Shown: positions 17,157 to 24,550 of the stretch, piece after piece
Position numbering within the stretch: the stretch's first letter is position 1
Layout: every line of letters begins with the position of its first letter
Source: Candidatus Woesearchaeota archaeon
GTDB taxonomy: Archaea > Nanobdellota > Nanobdellia > Pacearchaeales > GW2011-AR1
NCBI GenBank assembly: GCA_964357505.1
Contig: CAYHLN010000003.1
Location: 1-36,715, forward strand
Direction of reading: 5' to 3'
Length of the DNA: 36,715 nucleotides
Notes under the pieces: model-generated
The model's database searches: none
What the model was told of the DNA's origin: nothing
The model's input: only the letters and a program-made list of their open reading frames with translations
Program-made: the position numbers and the translations under genes

Positions 17157-17229
17157 GCCTCTGTAGCTCAGCGGTTAGAGCATCAGTTTTGTAAACTGAG
17201 GGCCGGGGGTTCAAATCCCTCCAGAGGCT
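17157..17229 (+). tRNA. tRNA-Thr (anticodon UGU)
   Basis: Acceptor GCCTCTG/CAGAGGC; D-arm GCTC-AGCGGTTA-GAGC; anticodon arm TCAGT-TTTGTAA-ACTGA; T-arm GGGGG-TTCAAAT-CCCTC; discriminator T. Confidence 0.9.
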
Positions 17230-17234
17230 TCTAA

Positions 17235-17681
17235 ATGAAAGACGCAAGAAAAGACCAAGAGCAAAAAATCCTTGATTTTCTTAAAAGACATCACTTAATG
17301 GTCATCTCAACTATCAATAGCAAAGGCGAACCGCAAAGTGCTGTCGTAGGCTTCACAGAAAGGCCAAACTTGGAAATTATTTTTGGCACGTATAATGCAA
17401 CAAGAAAATACAAAAACCTCCAAGAAAACTCGAAAATATCTCTCGTTATTGGCTGGGACTCAGAAGAAAAGATTACCATCCAATATGAGGGAATTGCCAA
17501 AGAAGCAAAGCAAGACGACTCCAAAGAATATCAGCAATTACATATCGAGAAAAGACCGAAAAGAGGAAAGCATGTCCACGACCCAAGAGAAAGAGTATTC
17601 AGAACAAAGCCCACCTGGATACGCTACTCAGACCTATCAAAAGATCCGGAAGAAATAATTGAAATTACTTTTAACGACTAA
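17235..17681 (+). CDS. pyridoxamine 5'-phosphate oxidase-like FMN-binding split-barrel protein
   Basis: The size and the pattern HHLMVISTINSKGEPQSAVVGF...IIFGT...RKYKNLQENSKISLVI are typical of the PNPOx-like family. Confidence 0.6.
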   Translation: MKDARKDQEQKILDFLKRHHLMVISTINSKGEPQSAVVGFTERPNLEIIFGTYNATRKYKNLQENSKISLVIGWDSEEKITIQYEGIAKEAKQDDSKEYQQLHIEKRPKRGKHVHDPRERVFRTKPTWIRYSDLSKDPEEIIEITFND

Positions 17682-17953
17682 CTCAACCCAAATGAGTCCG
17701 TAAACTCAACAATCGAACGATACTTCTCCAGAAATGCAAAACCCTTGTCAGTAACAGAATAGCGCTTACCCTCTGGCGTGCGATGCTCAATAATAAATTC
17801 TTTTTGCTTCAAATCACCCAAGTACTCCTCAAGCATTTGATGCGACAAGTTAGATTTATACAAAATATGGGTCGGCTTCATCTTTCCTTGTTTTGACCGA
17901 ATTACATCTAAGATATCTCTAATTATTTCCAGCCTTGATCGCTTCTTACTCAT
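17678..17953 (-). CDS. small winged-helix DNA-binding protein
   Basis: RLEIIRDILDVI...KPTHILYKSNLSHQMLEEYLGDLKQKEFI...YSVTDKGFAFLEKY is typical of small archaeal wHTH regulators. It has a 4-nt overlap with the upstream membrane-protein gene. Confidence 0.65.
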   Translation of the reverse strand: MSKKRSRLEIIRDILDVIRSKQGKMKPTHILYKSNLSHQMLEEYLGDLKQKEFIIEHRTPEGKRYSVTDKGFAFLEKYRSIVEFTDSFGLS

Positions 17954-18606
17954 GACTTCACCGTTTTGACGAATCCCAGAAGAATAAACAAGTATCCCAA
18001 AAACTGCAACAGGTGTCCTGCAACATACGATCCGTGATAGAGAGTTGCAAGGGTAAATCCAACGGCCCCTGCAAAAAGGAAAAGGAATCCGATTAATACG
18101 AGAAGCGTGGTAGTTCGCTTTATACTTGAATATTTAATGAAGTAATGTAACGTGATATAGAAGAGCAGAACGGCAGATACAAAGTAAAAAGCCAAAGCAG
18201 CGTGTTTGCTAAACAACACCATAATCAACGGCAAACTGGCAAATAGAGAATACACGCGATAACTTCTAACGCGGAATGTCAAGTAAGCCAGCGTGGCAAG
18301 TCCGAGCAACATAAAGATAATATGTCCATAAAGAACAAAGAACCCGATCAGATTGAGCCCTTCGAGTACAAGCACTCGACTTGAGTCTGACAGCCGAGTT
18401 AAGAGAAAAAAGTTCAATATTCCCCAAGTAATGTAAGAAAACGCAATAGACAAGAATCCAAATCCAAGCAACTTGCAGTGCCGTTCTGCAGAGAGCTTAT
18501 ACATATAGAAGGCGTAAGCAGAAACTAACAAGGTAATGACTGCGAAAAGAAGCTCAAGAGCAATATCAAATCCAAAAAACCACCGAGGAACAAGATAGAA
18601 TTGCAT
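17950..18606 (-). CDS. polytopic membrane protein (about 6-7 TM helices), unknown function
   Basis: Strongly hydrophobic throughout. GCTTAAAAAGG (minus strand) lies about 25-30 nt upstream of the ATG. Confidence 0.65.
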   Translation of the reverse strand: MQFYLVPRWFFGFDIALELLFAVITLLVSAYAFYMYKLSAERHCKLLGFGFLSIAFSYITWGILNFFLLTRLSDSSRVLVLEGLNLIGFFVLYGHIIFMLLGLATLAYLTFRVRSYRVYSLFASLPLIMVLFSKHAALAFYFVSAVLLFYITLHYFIKYSSIKRTTTLLVLIGFLFLFAGAVGFTLATLYHGSYVAGHLLQFLGYLFILLGFVKTVKS

Positions 18607-18752
18607 CCTTATAGACGGTAAAATGCCTTTTTAAGCATTGTGAAGCCACTCTCAAGAGCTATTGTTAAGAGGATTGCTTAATAACCCATTAATAAAGCGA
18701 AAATCTAGTGATACTGACATGAAGGAGGTGAGACCAACCATGACGACCCAAA

Positions 18753-18792
18753 GAACGACAACCGGGTGTTCGCTCGAACACCCGGGGCGTTC
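18753..18792 (-). terminator. GC-rich extended hairpin directly after the GINS-like gene
   Basis: CCGGGTGTTCG-ct-CGAACACCCGG forms a perfect 11-bp stem (18762-18785), extended by GAACG/CGTTC (18753-18757 / 18788-18792). It starts 5 nt after the stop codon. On the minus strand it is followed by TTTGGG. Confidence 0.4.
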
Positions 18793-18796
18793 CCCC

Positions 18797-19351
18797 CTAC
18801 TCATCAACAAACAATGCTTTCTTATCACCAACTAACATATCCGCAAGAACGCCATCCATATTCACCAATTGGCCCTTTTCAAAAGGCCCTACAGATGCGC
18901 CATCCATGGAAACAAATTCCGATATTGGCTCATTAATCAAAATTAATTTATGCTGAAACAGTTTTGCAGTTGAGCCACTCATCAAGCTTGCCAAGTCCTT
19001 ATCAGCAGTCTCTACTGCATATACAAGCCGCTCAAACAAGCTTTGCTCAAAGGGAAACATGGTTCCAAAATCTCGTTTCATAATACCCGTCTCAGAAGCC
19101 ACAAACACCAAGTTCAAGATCTTCTTTTTACGCCGCAACATTAACTCCTTGAAAATACTCAATGCATTCTCATATTGCTTCTTCAGTTTCAAGATATCAT
19201 CAGAAAACAAGTCTTGCGCGTTCCCAAGCTGAGTGCGCTTCTCCAGCATGTATTCAGAAACATCACTCAAAAAATTCTTAGGCAGCACTTGTAGCTGCTC
19301 ACTGAATTTCTCCTTGCGTAAGAATTCATAGAGTTCGTTATAATCTAACAT
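18797..19351 (-). CDS. GINS subunit (Gins51-like)
   Basis: The N-terminal block is LYEFLRKEKFSEQLQVLPKNFLSDVSEYM. The C-terminal B-domain-like block is ILINEPISEFVSMDGASVGPFEKGQLVNMDGVLADMLV. The 184-aa size and the architecture fit archaeal Gins51. Confidence 0.6.
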   Translation of the reverse strand: MLDYNELYEFLRKEKFSEQLQVLPKNFLSDVSEYMLEKRTQLGNAQDLFSDDILKLKKQYENALSIFKELMLRRKKKILNLVFVASETGIMKRDFGTMFPFEQSLFERLVYAVETADKDLASLMSGSTAKLFQHKLILINEPISEFVSMDGASVGPFEKGQLVNMDGVLADMLVGDKKALFVDE

Positions 19352-19387
19352 ACTATCGCATCCCTCATCGAGTTTAAAAGAATTGTG

Positions 19388-20632
19388 TTACCCGAGCAAA
19401 GTACGTTCCAGCAGCTTTCGTCCCATAATCTTCGGCCCTTCTAAGCCAAATTCCTCAGTAAAGCGCTGTTCTCGCTCTCCTTTAGGCCCTGAATAGTATA
19501 ATGCGGGGACTGGCTTATCCGAATGTGCCTTAAGTCTGCAAGCAGTCGTATGATCGGCAGTGACAACCAGCTGCGCATTATTCTTCTGAATGAAAGGAAC
19601 CAAAAATGAAAAGAAGCGTTTATCGATCATTTCAATCATTGCCTTCTTCTCATGCGGCTTATTATCATGTCCCGGAATATCGGTCTCCTTAAAATGAATG
19701 TAAAAATAATCATAAGAACGCCAGTAAGAGGAAAGCATTTTGATTGCCTGACTAATCGCCAATCCAAGAACTTCATGTAAATGCGCGTACACATCAAAGC
19801 TATGTAAATCCGGATATCGAAAGCGATACACGTGCATCTTTGCAGCCTCAGCAATACCAATCTCCAAGGGATTATACCCTAACGCCATCCACTTCCCTTT
19901 AAGCTTCTTAAACGAAGCAGGAGCTGCTCCAGGTTCGCGACAGAGCAGTACATTGGCAGAATAAAGTCCTTTCTTCACACGTGCAATATTCACCGGATGG
20001 TTATCTAACACCTCGTGGCTCTGCCTAATAAACGCATTAAGAAGCTCTGCAGAAACTCTCGAGTCCTCCTCATCATCCAAGGGCTTAGAAAAAACAAATC
20101 GATTGGTAGGATTCCGTATGGCAAATCCTTGCCCGTAAAAAGGGTCCGCATTAGAAATATTATCTGAAAACCCTCCTCTGAAAACAAGCACGCCTCTGTG
20201 TTGAATCGTAGGGTGAAACTCAAAAGCGAAGGGTAGCTTGACGTGTTGCCGAATCGCCTTTGCCAACAACAGAGCTTCTCGAGTAGTTAACGTGCGTCCT
20301 GCACGAGAGTCAAGAATCGTACCATTATCCAGATCATCAACAGTGGCAAAATTACAGCGTAAAGCTAAATCTCCCCGTGTAAGCTTGATGCCAGCACCTT
20401 TCGCCTCCAACGGTCCACGCGGCGAATCGAGGTCATACCCTAATAATGAGATAACGGCACTAGAAGATTCCGGGATAACTCCTTCTTTGATAGTATAGCA
20501 ATGATACATCGTACTGAGCCGCGCGAGCGTATCAAGATGGGGCGTGCTGGCCACATCAAGAGGAGTCTTACCGCCAAACTGGTAGCAGCTCTCGTCTGCC
20601 ACTCCATCCAAAATGACAAAAACCCCTTTCAT
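19388..20632 (-). CDS. apgM: 2,3-bisphosphoglycerate-independent phosphoglycerate mutase, archaeal ApgM type
   Basis: MKGVFVILDGVADE...GGKTPLDVASTPHLDTLA...SSSAVISLLGYD...TADHT. I set the start at ATG 20632, because the family begins here and a TATA box lies at 20655-20662. The 83-aa hydrophobic extension in the track ORF is rejected. Confidence 0.85.
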   Translation of the reverse strand: MKGVFVILDGVADESCYQFGGKTPLDVASTPHLDTLARLSTMYHCYTIKEGVIPESSSAVISLLGYDLDSPRGPLEAKGAGIKLTRGDLALRCNFATVDDLDNGTILDSRAGRTLTTREALLLAKAIRQHVKLPFAFEFHPTIQHRGVLVFRGGFSDNISNADPFYGQGFAIRNPTNRFVFSKPLDDEEDSRVSAELLNAFIRQSHEVLDNHPVNIARVKKGLYSANVLLCREPGAAPASFKKLKGKWMALGYNPLEIGIAEAAKMHVYRFRYPDLHSFDVYAHLHEVLGLAISQAIKMLSSYWRSYDYFYIHFKETDIPGHDNKPHEKKAMIEMIDKRFFSFLVPFIQKNNAQLVVTADHTTACRLKAHSDKPVPALYYSGPKGEREQRFTEEFGLEGPKIMGRKLLERTLLG

Positions 20633-20654
20633 TCCACGTCCAGCGTCCCAAACC

Positions 20655-20662
20655 TTATAAAT
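20655..20662. promoter_or_regulatory. shared, near-symmetric TATA element between divergent apgM and ftsY
   Basis: TTATAAAT is the only TATA-like element in the 50-bp spacer. It ends 20 nt before the ftsY ATG (20683) and starts 22 nt from the apgM ATG (20632). Confidence 0.5.
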
Positions 20663-20682
20663 GTTCATGCACCCCATGAGAG

Positions 20683-21831
20683 ATGTTTGATCTTCTAAAG
20701 AAAAAGCTGAAAAGCTGGCTCGGTACCGACGAAAAGCCGGATAAAAAGGCAACAGAAAAGAAAGCCAAATCAAAGAAGCCTGTAAAAGAAAAAAAGGCAA
20801 AAGCGAAGGCTGGAAAGAAAGGAAAAGCCCCCGTAGTAAAAGCAACACAAGAAATATCAATACTGGAAGTGCCGACAACATTCAATCCAGGCATGCAGAA
20901 ATATGAGCCAGATCTAGAGAAGCTAAAAGAACTCGAGCCAGTTGAGCCTGAAAAGAAAGGCTTCTTCTCCAAGCTCGCCGCGCGCTTTACGACAGCAACA
21001 ATCACTGAAGCGCAAGTGAACGAACTCTTTGACGAGCTTGAGCTCGTGCTGCTAGAGAATAACGTGGCACTTGAAGTCGTTGATGCAATACGCCTCGAAT
21101 TGGTCGCCAACTTGAAAGGCAAAGAAGCTAAAAAAGATCAACTTGAAGCAAAAATTAAACAAGGTCTCAAAGATGCCATCGCCTCAGTGCTACACGAACC
21201 TCCAAACCTCATTGAACAGATCAAAAAGAAAGCTGGGCCCTATACCATTATCTTCTTTGGCATTAACGGTTCTGGTAAAACAACCTCCCTAGCCAAACTT
21301 GCACACTACCTGAAGAAAAATAACATCTCTTCAGTGCTAGCCGCAGGCGATACCTTCCGTGCTGCTTCTATTGAGCAGCTTGAAACGCACGCCAGCCGCC
21401 TCGGCGTCCCTGTAGTAAAGCACATCTATGGTTCTGATCCTGCAGCAGTTGCCTTTGACGCAATTAAGAAAGCTGAAAAAGACCATCTTAAATGCGTATT
21501 AATAGACACCGCGGGCCGTATGTACACGAAAGAAAACCTGATCAGAGAAATGGAAAAAATCATTCGTGTTGTCAAGCCAGATCTGAAAATCTTTGTCGGT
21601 GAGAGCATAACCGGTAATGATGCAACAGAGCAAGCCCGTACGTTCAATGAAGCAATAGGTATTGACGGCATCATTCTGACGAAAGCCGATGTCGATGACA
21701 AAGGCGGTACAGCACTCTCCGTATCATACATTACCAAAAAACCAATCTATTTCTTAGGCCTCGGTCAAGCCTACGATGATCTCAAGCCTTTCAAGAAAGA
21801 ACTTATTCTGAAAAATCTGGGGTTGGACTAA
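20683..21831 (+). CDS. ftsY: signal recognition particle receptor FtsY
   Basis: NG domain motifs GINGSGKTTSLAKLA, DTAGR and TKADVD. Lys-rich N-terminal A-region. Confidence 0.9.
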   Translation: MFDLLKKKLKSWLGTDEKPDKKATEKKAKSKKPVKEKKAKAKAGKKGKAPVVKATQEISILEVPTTFNPGMQKYEPDLEKLKELEPVEPEKKGFFSKLAARFTTATITEAQVNELFDELELVLLENNVALEVVDAIRLELVANLKGKEAKKDQLEAKIKQGLKDAIASVLHEPPNLIEQIKKKAGPYTIIFFGINGSGKTTSLAKLAHYLKKNNISSVLAAGDTFRAASIEQLETHASRLGVPVVKHIYGSDPAAVAFDAIKKAEKDHLKCVLIDTAGRMYTKENLIREMEKIIRVVKPDLKIFVGESITGNDATEQARTFNEAIGIDGIILTKADVDDKGGTALSVSYITKKPIYFLGLGQAYDDLKPFKKELILKNLGLD

Positions 21832-22157
21832 TGCCACAGTTAAACGCAATGAAATGTCGCGCTTGTGAGGGCCTCGAAGACCGCCTTCCCCCTTCTAAAA
21901 TAAAGGAAAATATGCGCCTTATTTCAGACTGGAAAATGAAAGATAAGGAAGCAATAGAAAAATCATTTAAATTCAAGAACTTTCAGCAAGCACTTGATTT
22001 CATCGACGCCGTTGGAAAAATAGCCGAAGCAGAAGGCCATCATCCAGATATCGCATTTGGCTGGGGCTACGCGACCATTAAGCTCACAACCCACGCCGCC
22101 AAAGGCCTGAGCATTAACGACTTTATTCTTGCTGCCAAAATTGATGAACTCAACTAA
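21831..22157 (+). CDS. pterin-4a-carbinolamine dehydratase (PCD/DCoH)-like protein, copy 1
   Basis: AEAEGHHPDIAFGWGYATIKLTTHAAKGLSINDFILAAKID, with an N-terminal CRACEG. Its ATG overlaps the ftsY stop (TAATG). Confidence 0.8.
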   Translation: MPQLNAMKCRACEGLEDRLPPSKIKENMRLISDWKMKDKEAIEKSFKFKNFQQALDFIDAVGKIAEAEGHHPDIAFGWGYATIKLTTHAAKGLSINDFILAAKIDELN

Positions 22158-22193
22158 ACCACAACTTTATTAACATCTTTCTTCAATAAAGTT

Positions 22194-22724
22194 ATGAAGA
22201 AAAAATTTATAAAAAAATATAAACAATCAACAGTAGAAAGCTGCCTTGCTTGCTGTCTCCTCACCTTAATCGGGCAAAAACCAACAAGGGCAAAAGAAAT
22301 TAGTATGCTCTTTGATGCATTGCAATACAATCCAGATGATTTCGTAACTGGCCATATTGAGCATGTGATGAGAAAATACAAAAAAGAACTTATACGGTAT
22401 GTACACAATAATCCCCTATACAATCATCTGAAAAAAGCAAGATGCAAAGAAAAAGTAGTTCAGAGAAAGATAGATATGAACATTATTGATGAGTTACTGC
22501 ATAGGGGGACAATAGCCATTTCGCTAAATGCTCGTCATTTTGGCAAAGTCTACCATTATCCGCATTGGGTACTGCTGTTAAATAAAAAGAGAAAGAAATA
22601 TGTTGTGTACGATCCTCACACAGGGATAGTCAATACAATCACAGAAAAAAGACTAAAAGAGTCTATCAAAAGCTACCTTATCCGATTATGGATGGCTCCC
22701 CAAATCATAGCCCAAAACCTTTAA
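22194..22724 (+). CDS. papain-fold cysteine peptidase, C39-like (predicted)
   Basis: Q11-x5-C17 (QSTVESCLACCLL), then HWVLLL and VVYDPHTG. These match the Gln/Cys/His/Asp arrangement of C39-type peptidases. The gene is visibly more AT-rich than the flanking ftsY and srp54. Confidence 0.45.
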   Translation: MKKKFIKKYKQSTVESCLACCLLTLIGQKPTRAKEISMLFDALQYNPDDFVTGHIEHVMRKYKKELIRYVHNNPLYNHLKKARCKEKVVQRKIDMNIIDELLHRGTIAISLNARHFGKVYHYPHWVLLLNKKRKKYVVYDPHTGIVNTITEKRLKESIKSYLIRLWMAPQIIAQNL

Positions 22725-22748
22725 TACCAATCCCCTGCTTCCTCCCAG

Positions 22749-24104
22749 ATGCTAGATAAGCTCTCAAACACGCTCAAAAAGACAACAGACAGGATAGCAA
22801 ATGCCCTCTTCCTAGACAAGGAGCTGGTAGATAGTATCGTCAAAGATCTCCAACGCTCGCTCATCGAAGCAGACGTTAATGTCAAGCTCGTCCTTGAAAT
22901 AAGCCAAAAACTCAAAAAGATTGCCTATGATGAGCGACTGAAGGGTATAGAAAAGAAAGAACATCTCATCAAGTCATTACATGATGAGCTACGCGCTATC
23001 CTGGGTGAGAGCAAGCCACTCACGCTCGGCAAGAAAACAAAGCTGATGCTCCTTGGCCTCTATGGTGCAGGTAAAACAACCACGATTGGCAAGCTTGCAT
23101 TATATTACAGTAAGCGCGGAAAGAGCGTCTGCACCGTTGGTCTAGATGTCCATCGTCCAGCAGCCACAGACCAGCTGAAACAACTCTCAGACAAGCTCAA
23201 TATCACCTGCTTCATAGACAAAGCAGAAAAAAATCCGATAAAAATATGGAAAAAGTATGCCAAAGAAGCAGACAAGTATGATCTCATACTGATAGACACG
23301 GCAGGACGTGACGCTCTTGATAAAGAACTCGTAACAGAAATCAAAACAATAAACAAAGAGATCAAACCTGACGAAGTATTATTAGTAATGCCTGCAGACG
23401 TCGGCCAAACCGCACTCAAGCAAGCCCAAACATTCAAGGAAGCAGTCAACATCACCGGAGTCATTATTACCCGTATGGATTCAACGGCAAAAGCCGGAGG
23501 CGCGCTTACAGCCTGTGCAGAAATCCGCGTACCCGTGGTGTTCATCGGTACGGGCGAGAAGCCACACGAGCTAGAACAATTCGATCCAGAATCCTTCCTC
23601 TCACGTCTACTCGGCATGGGAGACCTCAAGTCACTGCTAGAAAAGATTGAATCAGTAACCAATAAGAAAGACCTTGAACGCACGCAAAAGAACATCCAAG
23701 AAGGCAAACTCACCCTACGCGACGTGCAAGCACAACTTGAATCAATGGAGTCGTTAGGCAGCATGGACAAAATAATGAGCATGATTCCAGGCCTCGGCAA
23801 AGCAAAAATTCCAGAAAAAGAAATGAATGACCAGCAAGCTCGCCTGAAACGCTGGAAGCATGCTATCAACTCAATGACGCCAGAAGAAATTGATAATCCA
23901 GAACTCCTTGAGAAACAAACCTCTCGTATTCAACGCGTCGCTCACGGCTCAGGCACATCAACAACTGAAATTCGCGCACTTCTCAAGCAGTACAAGATGC
24001 TCAAAGAGATGATTAAATCATCCAGTATGGCAGAAGGCGGCGCCCTCGATCAAAAGACAATGATGAAATTTGCAAAGAAGTTTGGCAAACGAATGAAGTT
24101 CTAA
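22749..24104 (+). CDS. srp54: signal recognition particle protein SRP54
   Basis: GLYGAGKTTTIGKLA, DTAGR, TRMDSTAKAGGAL, and a Met-rich M-domain (MDKIMSMIPGLG). Confidence 0.92.
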   Translation: MLDKLSNTLKKTTDRIANALFLDKELVDSIVKDLQRSLIEADVNVKLVLEISQKLKKIAYDERLKGIEKKEHLIKSLHDELRAILGESKPLTLGKKTKLMLLGLYGAGKTTTIGKLALYYSKRGKSVCTVGLDVHRPAATDQLKQLSDKLNITCFIDKAEKNPIKIWKKYAKEADKYDLILIDTAGRDALDKELVTEIKTINKEIKPDEVLLVMPADVGQTALKQAQTFKEAVNITGVIITRMDSTAKAGGALTACAEIRVPVVFIGTGEKPHELEQFDPESFLSRLLGMGDLKSLLEKIESVTNKKDLERTQKNIQEGKLTLRDVQAQLESMESLGSMDKIMSMIPGLGKAKIPEKEMNDQQARLKRWKHAINSMTPEEIDNPELLEKQTSRIQRVAHGSGTSTTEIRALLKQYKMLKEMIKSSSMAEGGALDQKTMMKFAKKFGKRMKF

Positions 24105-24105
24105 A

Positions 24106-24540
24106 ATGACAAAAACCATTATTAAAAATAAGGTAATCGTCGCCGCATCCGGCTACTTTGACCCAATTCACAAAGGGCATATTGAATATCTTGAATTAGC
24201 AAAAAGACTAGGAGATGAATTAATTGTAATAGTTAACAACGACATTCAAGCAAGCCTAAAAAAAGGAAAGGCATTTATGCCTCAAGAAGAACGTTTAGCA
24301 ATAGTCAAATCCCTAAGATGCGTAGACCAAGTATTTCTATCAATAGATAAAGATGCGAGCGTCTGCAAATCTCTTGAAGCAATAAAACCACATATCTTCG
24401 CTAAAGGCGGAGACCGCCATGCCTATGAAATTCCTGAATCCAGAGTCTGCAAAAAGCACGGAATAAAAATAATCGATAGTCTTGGTGCTAAAATTCAATC
24501 ATCTTCTGATTTAATTGCAAAATCGAAAGAAAAATATTAA
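24106..24540 (+). CDS. cytidylyltransferase-family nucleotidyltransferase (TagD / RfaE domain II-like)
   Basis: SGYFDPIHKGHIEYL (GxFDxxHxGH), ELIVIVNND, KGGD and SSSDLI. Confidence 0.7.
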   Translation: MTKTIIKNKVIVAASGYFDPIHKGHIEYLELAKRLGDELIVIVNNDIQASLKKGKAFMPQEERLAIVKSLRCVDQVFLSIDKDASVCKSLEAIKPHIFAKGGDRHAYEIPESRVCKKHGIKIIDSLGAKIQSSSDLIAKSKEKY

Positions 24541-24550
24541 ATAGAAAAAT

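Noticed and set aside
18650-18752. Possible C/D-box or H/ACA guide RNA in the GINS-downstream spacer.
   Set aside because: I found only degenerate matches (ATGACGA, CTGA) with wrong spacing. There is no terminal stem or K-turn pairing. The internal loops of the hairpin are too small for a pseudouridylation pocket, and no ACA tail sits at the right distance.
18719-18835. 38-aa plus-strand ORF (MKEVRPTMTTQRTTTGCSLEHPG...) preceded by a GGAGG-like sequence.
   Set aside because: It runs through the GC-rich hairpin and into the antisense of the GINS-like gene. It has no promoter and no conservation argument.
19388-21122. The long 497-aa form of the apgM ORF (start 20881) and the 155-aa minus-strand ORF at 20655-21122.
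   Set aside because: Both run antisense through the Lys-rich, low-complexity 5' part of ftsY and translate to Ser/Phe/Leu-rich junk. The ApgM family begins at MKGVFVILDG (20632), and the only TATA box lies between 20632 and 20683.
23105-23869. 254-aa minus-strand ORF inside srp54.
   Set aside because: It is fully antisense to a clearly conserved SRP54 gene. It has a Ser/Arg/Cys-rich composition and no motif.
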